64,000 nt of DNA from Antedon mediterranea (lineage: Eukaryota; Animalia; Echinodermata): the NCBI RefSeq assembly GCF_964355755.1, contig NC_092678.1:23825365-23889364 (forward strand). The letters are read 5' to 3'. The position numbers were made by a program, and so were the translations under genes. The notes under the pieces are model-generated. The model had not been told where the DNA came from. It saw only the letters and a program-made list of their open reading frames with translations, and did not search any database. Shown piece by piece: positions 1 to 13,000 of this stretch. Positions within the stretch are counted from its first letter, which is position 1; every line of letters starts with the position of its first letter.

Positions 1-207
1 TCAAGTAGTTAGTTGACCAATCCCAAGCGACACTTTGGATTATCGATCGCGTCGTGATTGGTCAAATTATTTACAGTGCGCGTTTCATTTACAAGTGAGA
101 ACAAATCTTTAACAGCGACAACCAGAGTCACAATCTGCCGTTGATTATCTACATGCACGCTTTGGCCACTGACTTTAAGGAAGGATTAGATTTTAAAACA
201 CTTTTAC

Positions 208-1068
208 CTGACCCATAAAATCGTTGGTCGAAAATCGATCATAGTCCCATACAAGTATTTCCAAAGATTTAGTGCAAAGTTCCCTTCGTCTGATTCCTCG
301 AAATAGGAAAGTCTGATTCCAATTTGGATTCAACGTCCGTGGCACATACATTGTACGGCGTTTGTTTTCAGCACTAAAATGGAAATCACATAATGTTATC
401 TTACTGAACACAATGGAAATATGCAACAGGAACACGGTATATTTATCATAGAAAGTATACAGCATGCTTAGCTTATTCTAGAAGAATATCTTGCTCAAGT
501 TGATGAAATTGCTTTCCTACTTTACTTGGTTTTCATGACGTTTCACAAACATGGTTTCCACTCAAAGGAATGGAATGAATTATATTCTGGTTTAACAAGA
601 TTTGACCTTGTTTCCAGGAGGATGGCAATGATGAAAGCGTTGTAATCAAGATTAAGACAATGTTTGCCGTAGTTGACAGTAGAAAGTGTGTACAGTATGT
701 GGTTGAAGGTATATTTTCTACTGCATGTATAAAAATGATGAAAATGATGTTAATATACTAACCATCTTCCAGGGAGAAGGCAGATCTTTACGAACGGATC
801 GGCAAGTCCATTACGATCTTTAGGTGCTAGATCACGTGCCTTTATTACGGTTATAAACAGATCACCGACATTGTCATCGTAATCAAGTTGGAGCTAATAA
901 AGAAATAGAAAATTATAAAATAACCACAAAAGTTTATGTTATTCGACATAGAGCAGATTTCTTATATACTTATTTATTATCTGAAGTTACCACAGGGTTA
1001 AAATACTATATAATAATATTTACCTCAATTTCCCCCTTTATAGACTTCATTCGTTCCTTCCGCTTGCG
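208..1068 (-). CDS. Piccolo-like C2A domain (exons 1024-1068, 763-893, 208-373)
   Basis: GEIE/[53 protein letters not shown]; all five canonical Ca2+-binding Asp positions present. Confidence 0.9.
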
Positions 1069-4000
1069 CTAAAAAACATTAAAAAATAAATATTTATAAA
1101 ATGAAATAATTAACTAACGAAACGATTCAAATGATTTTGAATAACAAGTATCTGAACATTTAATTTGTATGGCTTTCTTCGTTTACCTTTGGTGTGGATG
1201 TATTGCTAGACGTTGATTGGCTTGTTGAAAACGACTCACTTGATTGAGACGGAGAATGTGATTGGATGCCTTCTAGTCGTTTGGTTAAAGTACGCGGGTC
1301 AACGCCATTCGTACATTTACCATCGGTTTCTGCGGTAGAAATAAAACATATTAAAAGATTATCTAATAGCGCAAAATGTACGCACGCATAACATGCTGTA
1401 TATCTCGTAAATCAAGCGGAGCATTTTATTATCATAAAAACGCGTTTGTTATGTAGCATGACGATATGGACATCATAATACCTGTCAGAGAAGCCATCAA
1501 TTAGAGACCTACATTAGCAAAGCAAATAATATAAATCCAACTGATTCCATAATCCGAGGCTTTAGTGAACGTCTTACGCTCGCTAGGAAGCAATTTCCAA
1601 TAAGTAAGACTCACTTGCAGTTTATCGCGTAAATTATTTCATAGGCAACTTTTACTAATGTTACCGAGGTACATAATGAAAACTAGATATTCAGTCTAAA
1701 GAGGTACGTCCTCCGATGAAACGACAAATACAAATTATGACACTATACAATTGTACACGCGAAAGCAAAAAGAAAATAAAAAATAAAAAAGAAAGGATTC
1801 TATGCAAAAAACTCCTCAAAAACATGTGCTTTTCTCCACTGTTACAGTAGTATAAAAATAAATAGTCTAGGCCTATAAGTGTGTAATCTTACCGTAAATA
1901 GCAAATTGCCTACTACCATGTGACGTTTGTTTAGATGAGGCGCTTTTTCGCGGTGAATCCATCATGCAAACTCCACTGCAAGTAATGAATAAAAAAAATC
2001 TTACAATTACGCTCTTAAAGCAATGTTTTCCTTGTGGCACTCATGAGCAATGATACAGTATTTCCATTAAAAATGCGGTGTGCCCATATATGGACACGAT
2101 GACGTAATATGTCAAATTAGTTTGATAGTGTAGACAGAGCTTTAGTTTAATTTGAAAGTACTGTATCTAGATTGTTTATAGCAAACTCGTATTGATTGAA
2201 GACATCGCAGTATCAAATAAAGTACACGGTACCTTCTTATTACAATTTCAACTTCTCCGTCTGAACCACTAATTAATTGCTGAGTCTCTTCATACGTTTT
2301 GCCTTCTAGTGAAACCCCACACCATTCTAATATTTCATCTCCTAACTGAAGTTCTATAAAAAGAACATGTAATAATTTATGTTTGTTTCGTGCATCAAAC
2401 AGGCGTGTCAATTTTGAATAATTTTATTCTTTTTTCTTCATTCAATAAATGCGAATAGAGGACTCTTTCTGAAACAAGCTTCCCAGCTTGAAGGGTTATC
2501 CTCTGCTATTCCATAACTGTACAATTATTAATTTGTGTATGATTTTGTTAAGTTCAAACTATAATGTATTGTATTGTGTATTTTATGGATAGCAATAAAT
2601 ATCACAAACAAATAAACAAACAAACAGTACAAAATATACCATACGCCTAAACGTAAAGTAATATCAAGAGAAACAAAACACAGTTTAATAAAGAAAAGAT
2701 TATAGTATTTTATTTAGATAATAAGCCTTAAAATGTTGTTGCTTACGTACCAGGTACTTTTTCAGCGACCCCTCCAGGATATATTTCAGCAATATACGCT
2801 CCTACTTGTCTAGATCCGGGTATAAACTTTCCTCCGATAATGCGCATGCCCAGGCCATTGCCTCTAGATGATCTATCAGAAGGATCTTTACTTAAATAAA
2901 ACTTTTTAGTAGGGAACGAATACTCCCGGACCTGTGTGGAATAGATTTATAAAACAAACATTCAACCACAAAACTGACCACTGTATTATTTGTCAAGCTT
3001 TAGTTATGTTCACACTGAGCCCGAACTCGTACAAATTCATGAGAACTGGATTTAGTGTAAAGCTCTGTCTACACTATCAACGTTTATGTGACAAAAAATG
3101 TGATGTGTTTTTTTATTACACCTTATTTATAGAGGATGACCCTACCATATTTGGCCACATCACACTTTTTTTTTCAAACTAGTTTGATAGTGTAGAAAGA
3201 GCTTACTACAGTACAACCGTTAACAGTAACGCATTCCGTAGAAAACGTACACGTGGTGTGACCGAAAACGTAACGTACGTAATAGCCCGAATCCTTTTAT
3301 GTAAACATTTAACGTCATTGATTATAAACATTGCAATATAATTAAACTAACACTGTATTATACATTTATTTACGTCATTTTAATGTAAGCTGAAAATTAT
3401 CTTTTTTAATTTTTACCTAATCATTCCTATGGAGACTTAATTAATAATCTTACTTTAAAGTAAATATATACGTTTAACCCAGTTTATATCTAGAGTGTAC
3501 ACATCAATGTCTTGTAAACAATTTGTCAATATCCTCCTCAGAAACAAACGAAACAACGCCAACGCAAGATAATTATTTTCAAGCTTTACCATAAACTGAG
3601 CTAAGTGGTGATAACACTATAACGCTATAATACCACCGCGTAATATTAACCAACATACGCAGAATAAAAGGTAAACACGATTAATTATACAGGCCCACAT
3701 CAACACCAATCAAATTATATAATCATTAACATAATTCAACAAATAATTGTTTTAAATTCGATTATTTAAATGTTTCGTTAATGACCAACATTAGTATTTT
3801 TGTGAATACATATCTTTTTTCTACATATTATTTTTGTCACCAACCAAACACCTTAACACTCATTTTAATGGTGTATCTATTGGTTGAATTGTGTAAACAC
3901 TAACTAAACATTAACTTTCATCCAAGTAATCGTTGCTTATTAGTTGTTTTTCGGACTAAATTGTAATCATTACGCATTAGAAAAACAACATGAATAAATG

Positions 4001-7000
4001 CTTTTTCAAAATATTGAAATGAATGGAATATAATACAATTTAACTTACCGTTGGTTCTGATTTGTAGCTTGAAAATGAGCTTTGTCGGTTTCTGTGAATT
4101 GGAGCACTTCTATATTCCTCAACATCGCTGTCGTCTGCTCCTCCACGGCGTGTCCACTCACTCGCTTCCATCCTTACCTCCTGGCTACTATAATAATAAT
4201 CAGCTGGGCAAGAAAGCAGACAATCTTAATAACGCTTTACAGACTTATAAACATAATCTACTAAATGTATTTATCATCTACATGTATTGGAATGTATACT
4301 GATTGGTTCTGTGCGAACGTACCCCGGTAGTCACAATTGATAAACTGCTTGTGATGTTTTATTTCTGATTTGCGCTCGCTCTATTTTCATCAATTAGACG
4401 AGTCTATTTTACTCTCGGGTAAATTAAAATGATCAACTTACAGTGCGGTATTATCATTTTATGTAGTTGATAATTGTAATGTATTGTTTTCAATCCTTCT
4501 CAATACATTTATATTGATAAAATTTTATTAAGCAAGATAAAAATATCGCTAAATTATTTTTTTATGTCTAACAATCTTCATACATTTGAAAGTTTAGTTT
4601 TTCAACATCTATAATATTGATTTATATTTAAATACATCTCCGGGATTCAGAGCAAATTCCATTGGTTAATGAATACTTTATTATGTTATGTAACTAATTA
4701 CCACTTTATTCGGTCATATCACGTGTGTACGCGTTCATAAGCTGATGAAAAGGGAATGGATTTAGTACGCGCACGTCATTTATGTCGGTATCGTCGATAC
4801 ATATACCATCAAACAACATTATTGTAGCAGTTAATATTGTTTCTTGAATTTGTGTTCTCGTTTGTATCTCAGAAGCAGATGAAATGTAATGTCCACAAAT
4901 CTAATGAATTGGTTAGAACCGGATCACGCGATTGAAAGAAATGGTCGAATCGGGTACCGGTTCTTGACGTACACCGATTCGGCGACATTTGGTCATGAAT
5001 TTGGGGCAATCAAGCTGTTATGATCGGGAGTGGAAACATGCTTCGAGGTAAATAGGTTTGCTGGAACCTTGTTTAGTTGTTTTGGTGACTGCGTATTCAT
5101 ATATCTTTCGATTAAACTAACATTACTGACATATCAGTGTCTTTTCTGACGCCATAATGTCGAGCAACAAACGTGTAGTATTACCCATGATTCTTCTTCT
5201 TAACTTCATTCCATTTTTGTTTATCGTTTATCTATTCGTATAATTCTAATATTTGCAGGCATTCATTTCCGTTGAACCCACACAAAGAAATTGTATTATT
5301 ATTACGAGAGGCTTTTTTTTTCACGATATAAAAAGTGTGTAACCAAGTTCATTTAGAATGTAGTTATAATTACATATGGAAGATAATGAAGTTATACCAA
5401 TATTGTTAATGTGACAAGCATTGTATATTTTTTATAAATAAAAAAGCCAGGTTTAAAGGAAACATTTGTGTAACTATACTACCGTTAAATAATGTATTAT
5501 ATATGCGATAAATGTTCAGCATGTTAGTAAGAATATTATACTGTTATTATCAAGAAAATATTTTGACTTATTCTTAATTCAAGATTATATTAAGCATTAT
5601 AGGTAAAATAGTTCCTTGAGAATACATCGTCATTGACACCACGCAGAAACATACGCGCGCGTAAAAAATTATGCTGTAGTGTAGTATGCTACACGTACGT
5701 AAACGTGTGTGTTTCCTGATGGTGCCACTGTCGAAATATGAGACTAATAGAAAAGGATGAGAATTTAGAAAAAAAAATGACCTTACCGTAAGCTTTCTGA
5801 TAATAATCCAGAAGTTGATCTTTGCTCATATGGACTACACGATCAGGAAGAGACATGGTACTAAGGTGCATGTAGGGATAGATCATGCCAGCTACAACAC
5901 AGTACAACGCGAGAAAAACAAACATCCAATAAGAGACGTTACGTTATGAAAATAAGTTTGATAACTATAGAGGGCGTCTTGATTAAGTCGAACTCGAATA
6001 TAATTGATATCAGTAAAATACTGTATGCTATTAATTTAGTATAGGAAGTAATATTGATTCTACCATTCTAAACTGCTTTACCATGAAGCCGTCGAGATTA
6101 CCAAACTTATGTGCAGTTATGTATAGAAATTAAACATTTTTCAAGCATTGGTTTAAAAGCAGTATGAAATATAAATATTATGATTGTATTTTACGTTTGA
6201 AATATAAGTTCATTCCAGCATGCTGTAAATAAGTTTAAAGAACAATATTAACATAACGTGCAAAAGTTACTATAATATAATAATTGATAAAGAAGAGTGT
6301 GCAAAGTTTTGCTACAGTGTATTGCACTTATAGAGTGATCGTGCAAAGTATTTGAAGGCCAAATATTATGGAGACTTTATACCTTCCAGATTTGGATAAG
6401 ATTGCGTGGATGAGACAGGAATAGGTGACGATCCCATGCTTCTCTGTGGAGCTGACTTTGATGGACTGAGTAATGGCTTCCCTAACATTACTCCATGAAC
6501 TTGGCTGCTTGTTTCACGTCCGATACTGTCATAGCGCCTCTACAATCAGAAACAATAGGTTACATTATATTTGCAGATATGTGAATATATGTACTTTTGA
6601 TTTAATTGTTTGTTTTATTCGAATCCGTTAAAAATGTTGAGGATTTACCCTTTCATTTCGATGCTGATACGAATCTGAATCAGACGAACCGTCTGTTTGT
6701 CGACTTGACCTATAACCCCGAGTATCAGACGAATCAGAGCCAGACTTGAAATTCGGAATATCTTCGCGCCCTTCTTGAATTGACTGGTAATCCCTTCTTA
6801 TTGACTGAGAAGGCGTATCATCTAGAGGCAGAATAAGGCCGTGGGCATCGCGTTTCAATACGGATTGTCCTCTGTCGGGTAAATAAGGAGAAGATAGTGA
6901 CAGAGTGTGAGATCCATCAGTTTCGTCGAGTTGAGCATCTGACATGGTTTTCATACCAGCACCTAAGTGTCTGTTGTCGGTTCGTTGTATATCACCCATA

Positions 7001-10000
7001 CTTTGACTTAATTTAGACGTTTGTCCAGTCCAGTCGCTACGACGTTGTGCTTTTATCTGTTCCAGTCGTTTGGCAGATTCTTCCATTTGGCGCTTTCGAC
7101 GTTCTATTTCTTTCCTAAATTGCCTTTCTTGGTCTTCGCGTATCTTTCTTTCAATTAGTTCACCTTCTTTGCTTAATTTTTCTTCATCAATCTTAAAAAT
7201 AAAAATGCAATGATTAATATAATGTTATATACCAATATATTGTTGCATGATAGTTAATAGTTCCGAATGATTTACTAGGTATAATTATAAACTGTAATAC
7301 CATGCATAAATATTGATTATGTTGTTAATGTGTGTATATGTTTTCCTTAAAATTGATAATACATTCGCATTGCTAGTAAAGTTTAATAGCTGTTCATAGT
7401 ATGATGTTGGTAATAACTTACGAGTCTTTTCTTGTCCTTTGTTCTATATTGACGAAGAACAGGCGGAGACGAACTATTAGTTCTCCGTACAGACGCATCT
7501 GATTGGAATTTCTTTCTTGACATATGCGAGTCGTAAATGGTATCTTCAAATTCACCATCACTATGAGTACAGCGTGAATCGTGCTTCTTCCTTTGAGCAG
7601 TTGAGATCCTTCTTAAGTCATCAGATAATCCATACTTTTGTCGAACTTCCCTTTCTATCTCTGATCTTTCGTAAGCTTTATACTGAGTTCCAGTTGACTC
7701 AGATATTTGCTTCTCAATCTGCTTGATGATATCCTCTTCTGATTTCGTCAACTGGAATCCATGCGAGAAGGGTCTTAGGACGTCATCGAGATCTGACATC
7801 GACTTTGATCTCTCATCATCTGATGATTTACTCTCACTGTCGTGCATCATAACCATTTCATCAACATCAAAGATCATACCAGTACCTTTTTGTCTTCTTT
7901 CCTGACGTCTAAATATTCTTGCTGCTGTCATATCAAGTCTTTTCTTATCTTCTTCTGTCTTTTTACCAGCACGCTCTACTTCAAGCTTCTGTTTTTCAAG
8001 TTCCGCTGCCTTTCTCCTAAGCATCTCCCTTATGTACTGTAGATTCAATGTCTTGTCGGAATCTGATTCTTCATTGGCGCTATCTGCTGTCATTCCGACA
8101 GAGGTTATTGATAAACGTGTGCTTGGTACTGGTGGAAGTCTTCGTCGAATTTTAGACATTGTTTCTGAGTTACCCCCACGTTCAGAATCAGAGTCGGATA
8201 CATCACTGCCTTGAGCTTGAATCTGTTCAATGAAAATTATATAATATATAGTTATTTTTTGTTGTATTATAAATTCAATTGTTTTTATTTATTCCAAACT
8301 ATAAAATGATATAAATGTGGATGAGTTTTGTGTATTCTCAGAATATAATCTTGTATTCATGATGGGTATCAGGTACCGTAAGTGTAAGAATAATACATTG
8401 AATTAAAGAAGAACAAACACAAGTATATAAAAAACAACAGAAACGATAACAAAATGTTACTTACTCCTGAAGCATGCCTTTTATGGCTCGGTGGTTTTCC
8501 TGGTAATGTGAACATTTTCGAAGAGTATTCTGATTGACCCTCAGAGGTATGTTGCCGAGAAGAAGAGGTGGGCATCAACGGTGTGGTAGAGGCGTCGGTA
8601 ACAGGTAAACGTTTACTGTTTCTCTTAACAATCATCTCTGGTGTCGATGATCCGCTGGATCCACGTGACGATGTTGATGACACAGCAGTAGAGACGTCTT
8701 GGTCAGTACCGACCCCTTTTTCTCGGAACATCTTCGTTTTTGGGACAAATAATGATTCAGAATCGGAAGTTGGTGGGGATCCTTCTGGGCTGGTGCCTAC
8801 AGCTATGCTACTGGTTGTTGGACAAGTCGGGGATATCGAAGGACTTTCCAGTTGGTGGACGTCGGTAGAATCTGGTTGGTTGGATCTTATTGAGAGTAAA
8901 TGTGTGCCTTTTGTTGTGTACATAACTGCAATCGGTGCTTTATCACCCTCATTGTCATCATTTTCCTTTTCAGGTACAGTTTCAGTTCCAACTGAAACGC
9001 GTTGATGTTTCCTGCTACTGGCGATTCTAGTAACGCTTTTAGTTGAAACTTCACCATCTTCTTTACTTGTACTTGTTGCGACTGTTGCTGTTGATTTTGC
9101 ATCGTCTCCTTCAATATTTCCATCCTTTGTAGCGGGAACATGTTTTCTAACAGCTGCAGTAGGTCGGGGTTCACCTGTCTTATTTTCTTGTTTTAATTCA
9201 GTAGTCAGTGTACTGTTGTCTGACGAATCCGAGTTCTTTCGTGACCTACTGATCCTTTTAGGTGATTCTGGTAATGGACTGCTACTGGTATCTCTGATGA
9301 ATTGTTCAAATTGTTGCACCTTCTCTTGCAAACTTTCTCCCTCTCGGCCAACAATACTGGAACCCTCTTGTTCTGTTGACTGCCTAAATGTTGCTAAAAG
9401 CCGGGGAGACTGTGGTGACTCCTGAACGAACTTGGACGTCTTTGTAGCTACTTGTGACGTTTGCTGAAAAGTTTGTTTAATTTCTTTTACTGAGCTTACT
9501 CCTTTTTGAGATTGTGTTCGTTGTATTGATGACAAACTCGGCTTTGGGGGAATAGGTGGGGGTGCTGGAGGTTTATGTCTAGGTTTCGGTGTAGGTGGTT
9601 TTTTCTTTTCTGTTAATGTATTTTCGTTTGTCTTGTTTTGCTGTTTACTAGTATCTGGCGAGGTAACTGTATCTCCAATTTTAGCTAGTATAGGTTTCTC
9701 AAACGATTTACTTGTTTCAATTGGAGTTGGTGGTGATTCTAAAACTTGAGTATCTGATTTAGACGAAACTGTTGAAACTGGTGTAACTTTTGTATGATCG
9801 TGGTAGAGTTTTAGAGGCGGCGGTCTGGGCTTTGGTGTTTTTATTGATACATCTTCTTTACTGTCCGCATCTGATGAAAAAGATTCAAATAATACTTCAT
9901 TATTTTCGACCACTTTTTCAGAAGATCCAGTAGAAATCTTTTCAGGTGATGGCAGTTGCTCTTGTATTTCATATTCCTCTTCCTCTTCTTCCATCACTGT

Positions 10001-13000
10001 TTCTAATTGAAAGGCATCTTCTGGTGTTAAACTTGATTTTCTTGAATACTCTTCGTGAAGACGAAACTCTTCGTCTTCGTCATCTTCCTCTAATAAATCT
10101 GCTAAATCGCCACTCCCGTAAATATCATTCATTTGAGAGTCTTTGCTGTAATGATGTATAGTGTTATCATACATGCTTTCTTCTTCAATATCAATGTCCT
10201 CCTCATCTTCGTACTCAAGAGGAGACTCTTCTGCCAGAGATGGGTCAGCGTATTCCGGAGACGGAAAATCACCGGATGAATAGTCAGCATCGGGAGGAGA
10301 TCCTGACGTATCTACATCCCAAATTGGTGACAGAGGATTTTCAATCATACGTCGACTACGTTTCCTTTTGGGTAGCGAATTCGGTTTTTGTTTACGATTC
10401 GAAGGATATTGAAACTGAGACTTTACAATAACAGGTGTAGCAGTGCGGTTCGTTTTATTCGCTTTTGCTAATTGTTCGGATTCTGTTTCCATTCCTAGTT
10501 TAGTTAAATCACCTACAGATCTATATCTCATTTCTGGTTTTTCCTCTTTCTCACTTGGAAATCCGTAAAATGAGGAAGACTTTGCAGTGTTTTTACCTAA
10601 GAAACATCCCTGTTGAAGGTAATCTTCAGCAGTTAGAAGGGAACGACCTCTTTCTGATAGTTTTGGGTCACTAATGGCATGTGAAGGCTTTTCTCCAATT
10701 ACAACCTTTGATTTTGTTTTTCCTCCACAAACCCGGATCTCACTGTCACTTAAACTTTCGCAATCTAATGAGTAATTCCGTTTTCCATTAGCTAACATCA
10801 TTTCTATCTCTTCACGATACGGTGATAAAGTTTTATCTGTAGCTGTGTCATCATGAGATACAGTTGATGTGTGATCAATATCTAGTGCTTCCATTTGCAA
10901 ATCCTCTTCTTCATAGTCGTCTTCGTCAAAATCATGTCCATCACTGGATTCTCTGTCAAGTGAACTTGTAGACCCAGCGCTAATTTTTTCTCCTCCAAAG
11001 TTAAACGATTTAAATATTTCTTTAAATCCTTCTGTATGGCTATAAATTTGTTCTTCTATAGATTTAAATTCATCACTATCAAGAATCGATTTTCTCTCTT
11101 TTATAGCCGGTAAATCATGTATTGAAGAGGCTACAACTCTACCAGAAGTACTACCGTTTGGTCTCGCTATTTCATCTTGTTGCTGGCTAATCGTTTTCAC
11201 ACTATCGACTGATATTTCCGTATTTTCTACAATTACTTCATCTTGCTTCTGATTCCTTTTCGCATCAGTACTTTCTTTGCCTGACATTTGCATAAGCATT
11301 TTTCTCATTTCTTCGTCATCAAGGTCTAAGCTGGTTCGGGATTCCTCGGCAAGAGTCGGTGTAATGTCCTCGTCTCGCATACTTTCTAGACCACTATCGG
11401 AAGCAGAAAACGATGACGTCATAGTATTTTCTGGCAGACTATGGTTGCTATCTCGCTGTCGATTATGCTGTTGATCGTCTGGAGTTTCATCACTGCTTGA
11501 TCGTTGGTCCAAAAATTTAACTCCTGAAAAATATAGTTTCGTAGCAGAAGATTATAATACACGTAACGATGTCTTTGAAACTGGGAAATGAGTTAACAAA
11601 TTCACAAAATAAGTAAATTCTACTAGGATTGTATTTTGGCAACGTAAATCTAAATAAACACTATATATTGAGATAGGTTCTACATTGTTTATGCTAATAT
11701 TTGTTATCTATAATTATATAGTGACATTTATGCTTGTCATCTGAGCTATTATGCTAAGCGATTTGATGTGACATGAAACTCTAGAATTTCTCCCTCGTCG
11801 TAACATTATTTATTTTTATCGTTTAATCGCCAACTTGAATGTTTATGATGCGTTAAAATACTTTACCATCATTATGCAGGCTTCTTAAGGGTTATACTGT
11901 CACTAGCTTATGGATAGTACATGTGAGAATAATTTATAACTACATTTATCGTCTTTTTGTACATTATTTTTCCAAATAATGTTGATCGTTTTGTAGGATC
12001 TATAAACGTATTTATTACAGAAATATCTAAAAAACAATAATTCTGTGGGTAACAGTGGACGTATCTCCATTAAAATACAAATTAAAAATGGTGAAGCACA
12101 AACATAGATTAAAACGTAAGCGACATGCAACCGTTTATGATATAGCCCATCTTGGATAATAACATAAAGTGTGTTACGTGGAGAAGTAGGTTAGTAACAT
12201 GCAATGGGTAGGCGGTATATGAATCATATAGGCCTATGCTAATTTTGCTTTATTTTGATATCCAAACTGATATTTTAACGTGGGTAAAAATGTCATTATT
12301 ACATTAAGTTTTGACATTGTGGAGACTATGCCTCATATGTGAGTGGGAGTGGAATCATTGTAACAGCTTTAATGAAGTTATCGTTTTAAAATGCATTAGT
12401 GCCAATTAGTTTCATTTTCCTTAGGGATAAATGTTTATTGCATATATTATTATAATTATTTTCAGTTGGTTTTTCAAAAAAAGGGGGCATAAATGCTATA
12501 CATACCAGTTGATATAATCTCTGATATACCACTCCGCTCGAGTCCTTCAGACGCCACCTTACGTAATTCGTCAGCAACTTTTGGCACATACTGTATATCA
12601 ACCGACTCCAGCACTGAATCTCGAATGTTTTCGTACTCTGAAAATGAGGCGGTTCGTTCAAAACGTATGCCTTCGGAACGACCCTGCAAACAAATTCAAA
12701 TTTTGAACACGCAATATGAAATAAAATTAGGATCTCAACAATATATAAAAAAGGGTAAACTTTATCCATAATTTTTTTGGACAAAATGAGTTATTATCTG
12801 GAAAAAATTTATTTAAATGTAAGGTGACTGCGATTCTCGTGTATAATGGACAATAACGATTTATAACATTATGAGTGTGGATTATGCCAAGTTTAGTGAC
12901 ATATACATATGATAACGCTTTATTTGATATAAATTCAGTTATACACAAATAAGTATTTAGATAATGTGTTTTATTACTCTTTTATCAACCATGTCATATA

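Noticed and set aside
4620-5400. GC-richer intronic block considered as the missing Piccolo-like exon
   Set aside because: Stops in the three minus-strand frames checked; probably an old repeat whose ends I could not define.
7517-11474. Plus-strand ORFs overlapping Piccolo-like exons, and similar ORFs antisense to the TRIM genes
   Set aside because: Shadow ORFs of real coding exons, with no recognisable motifs.
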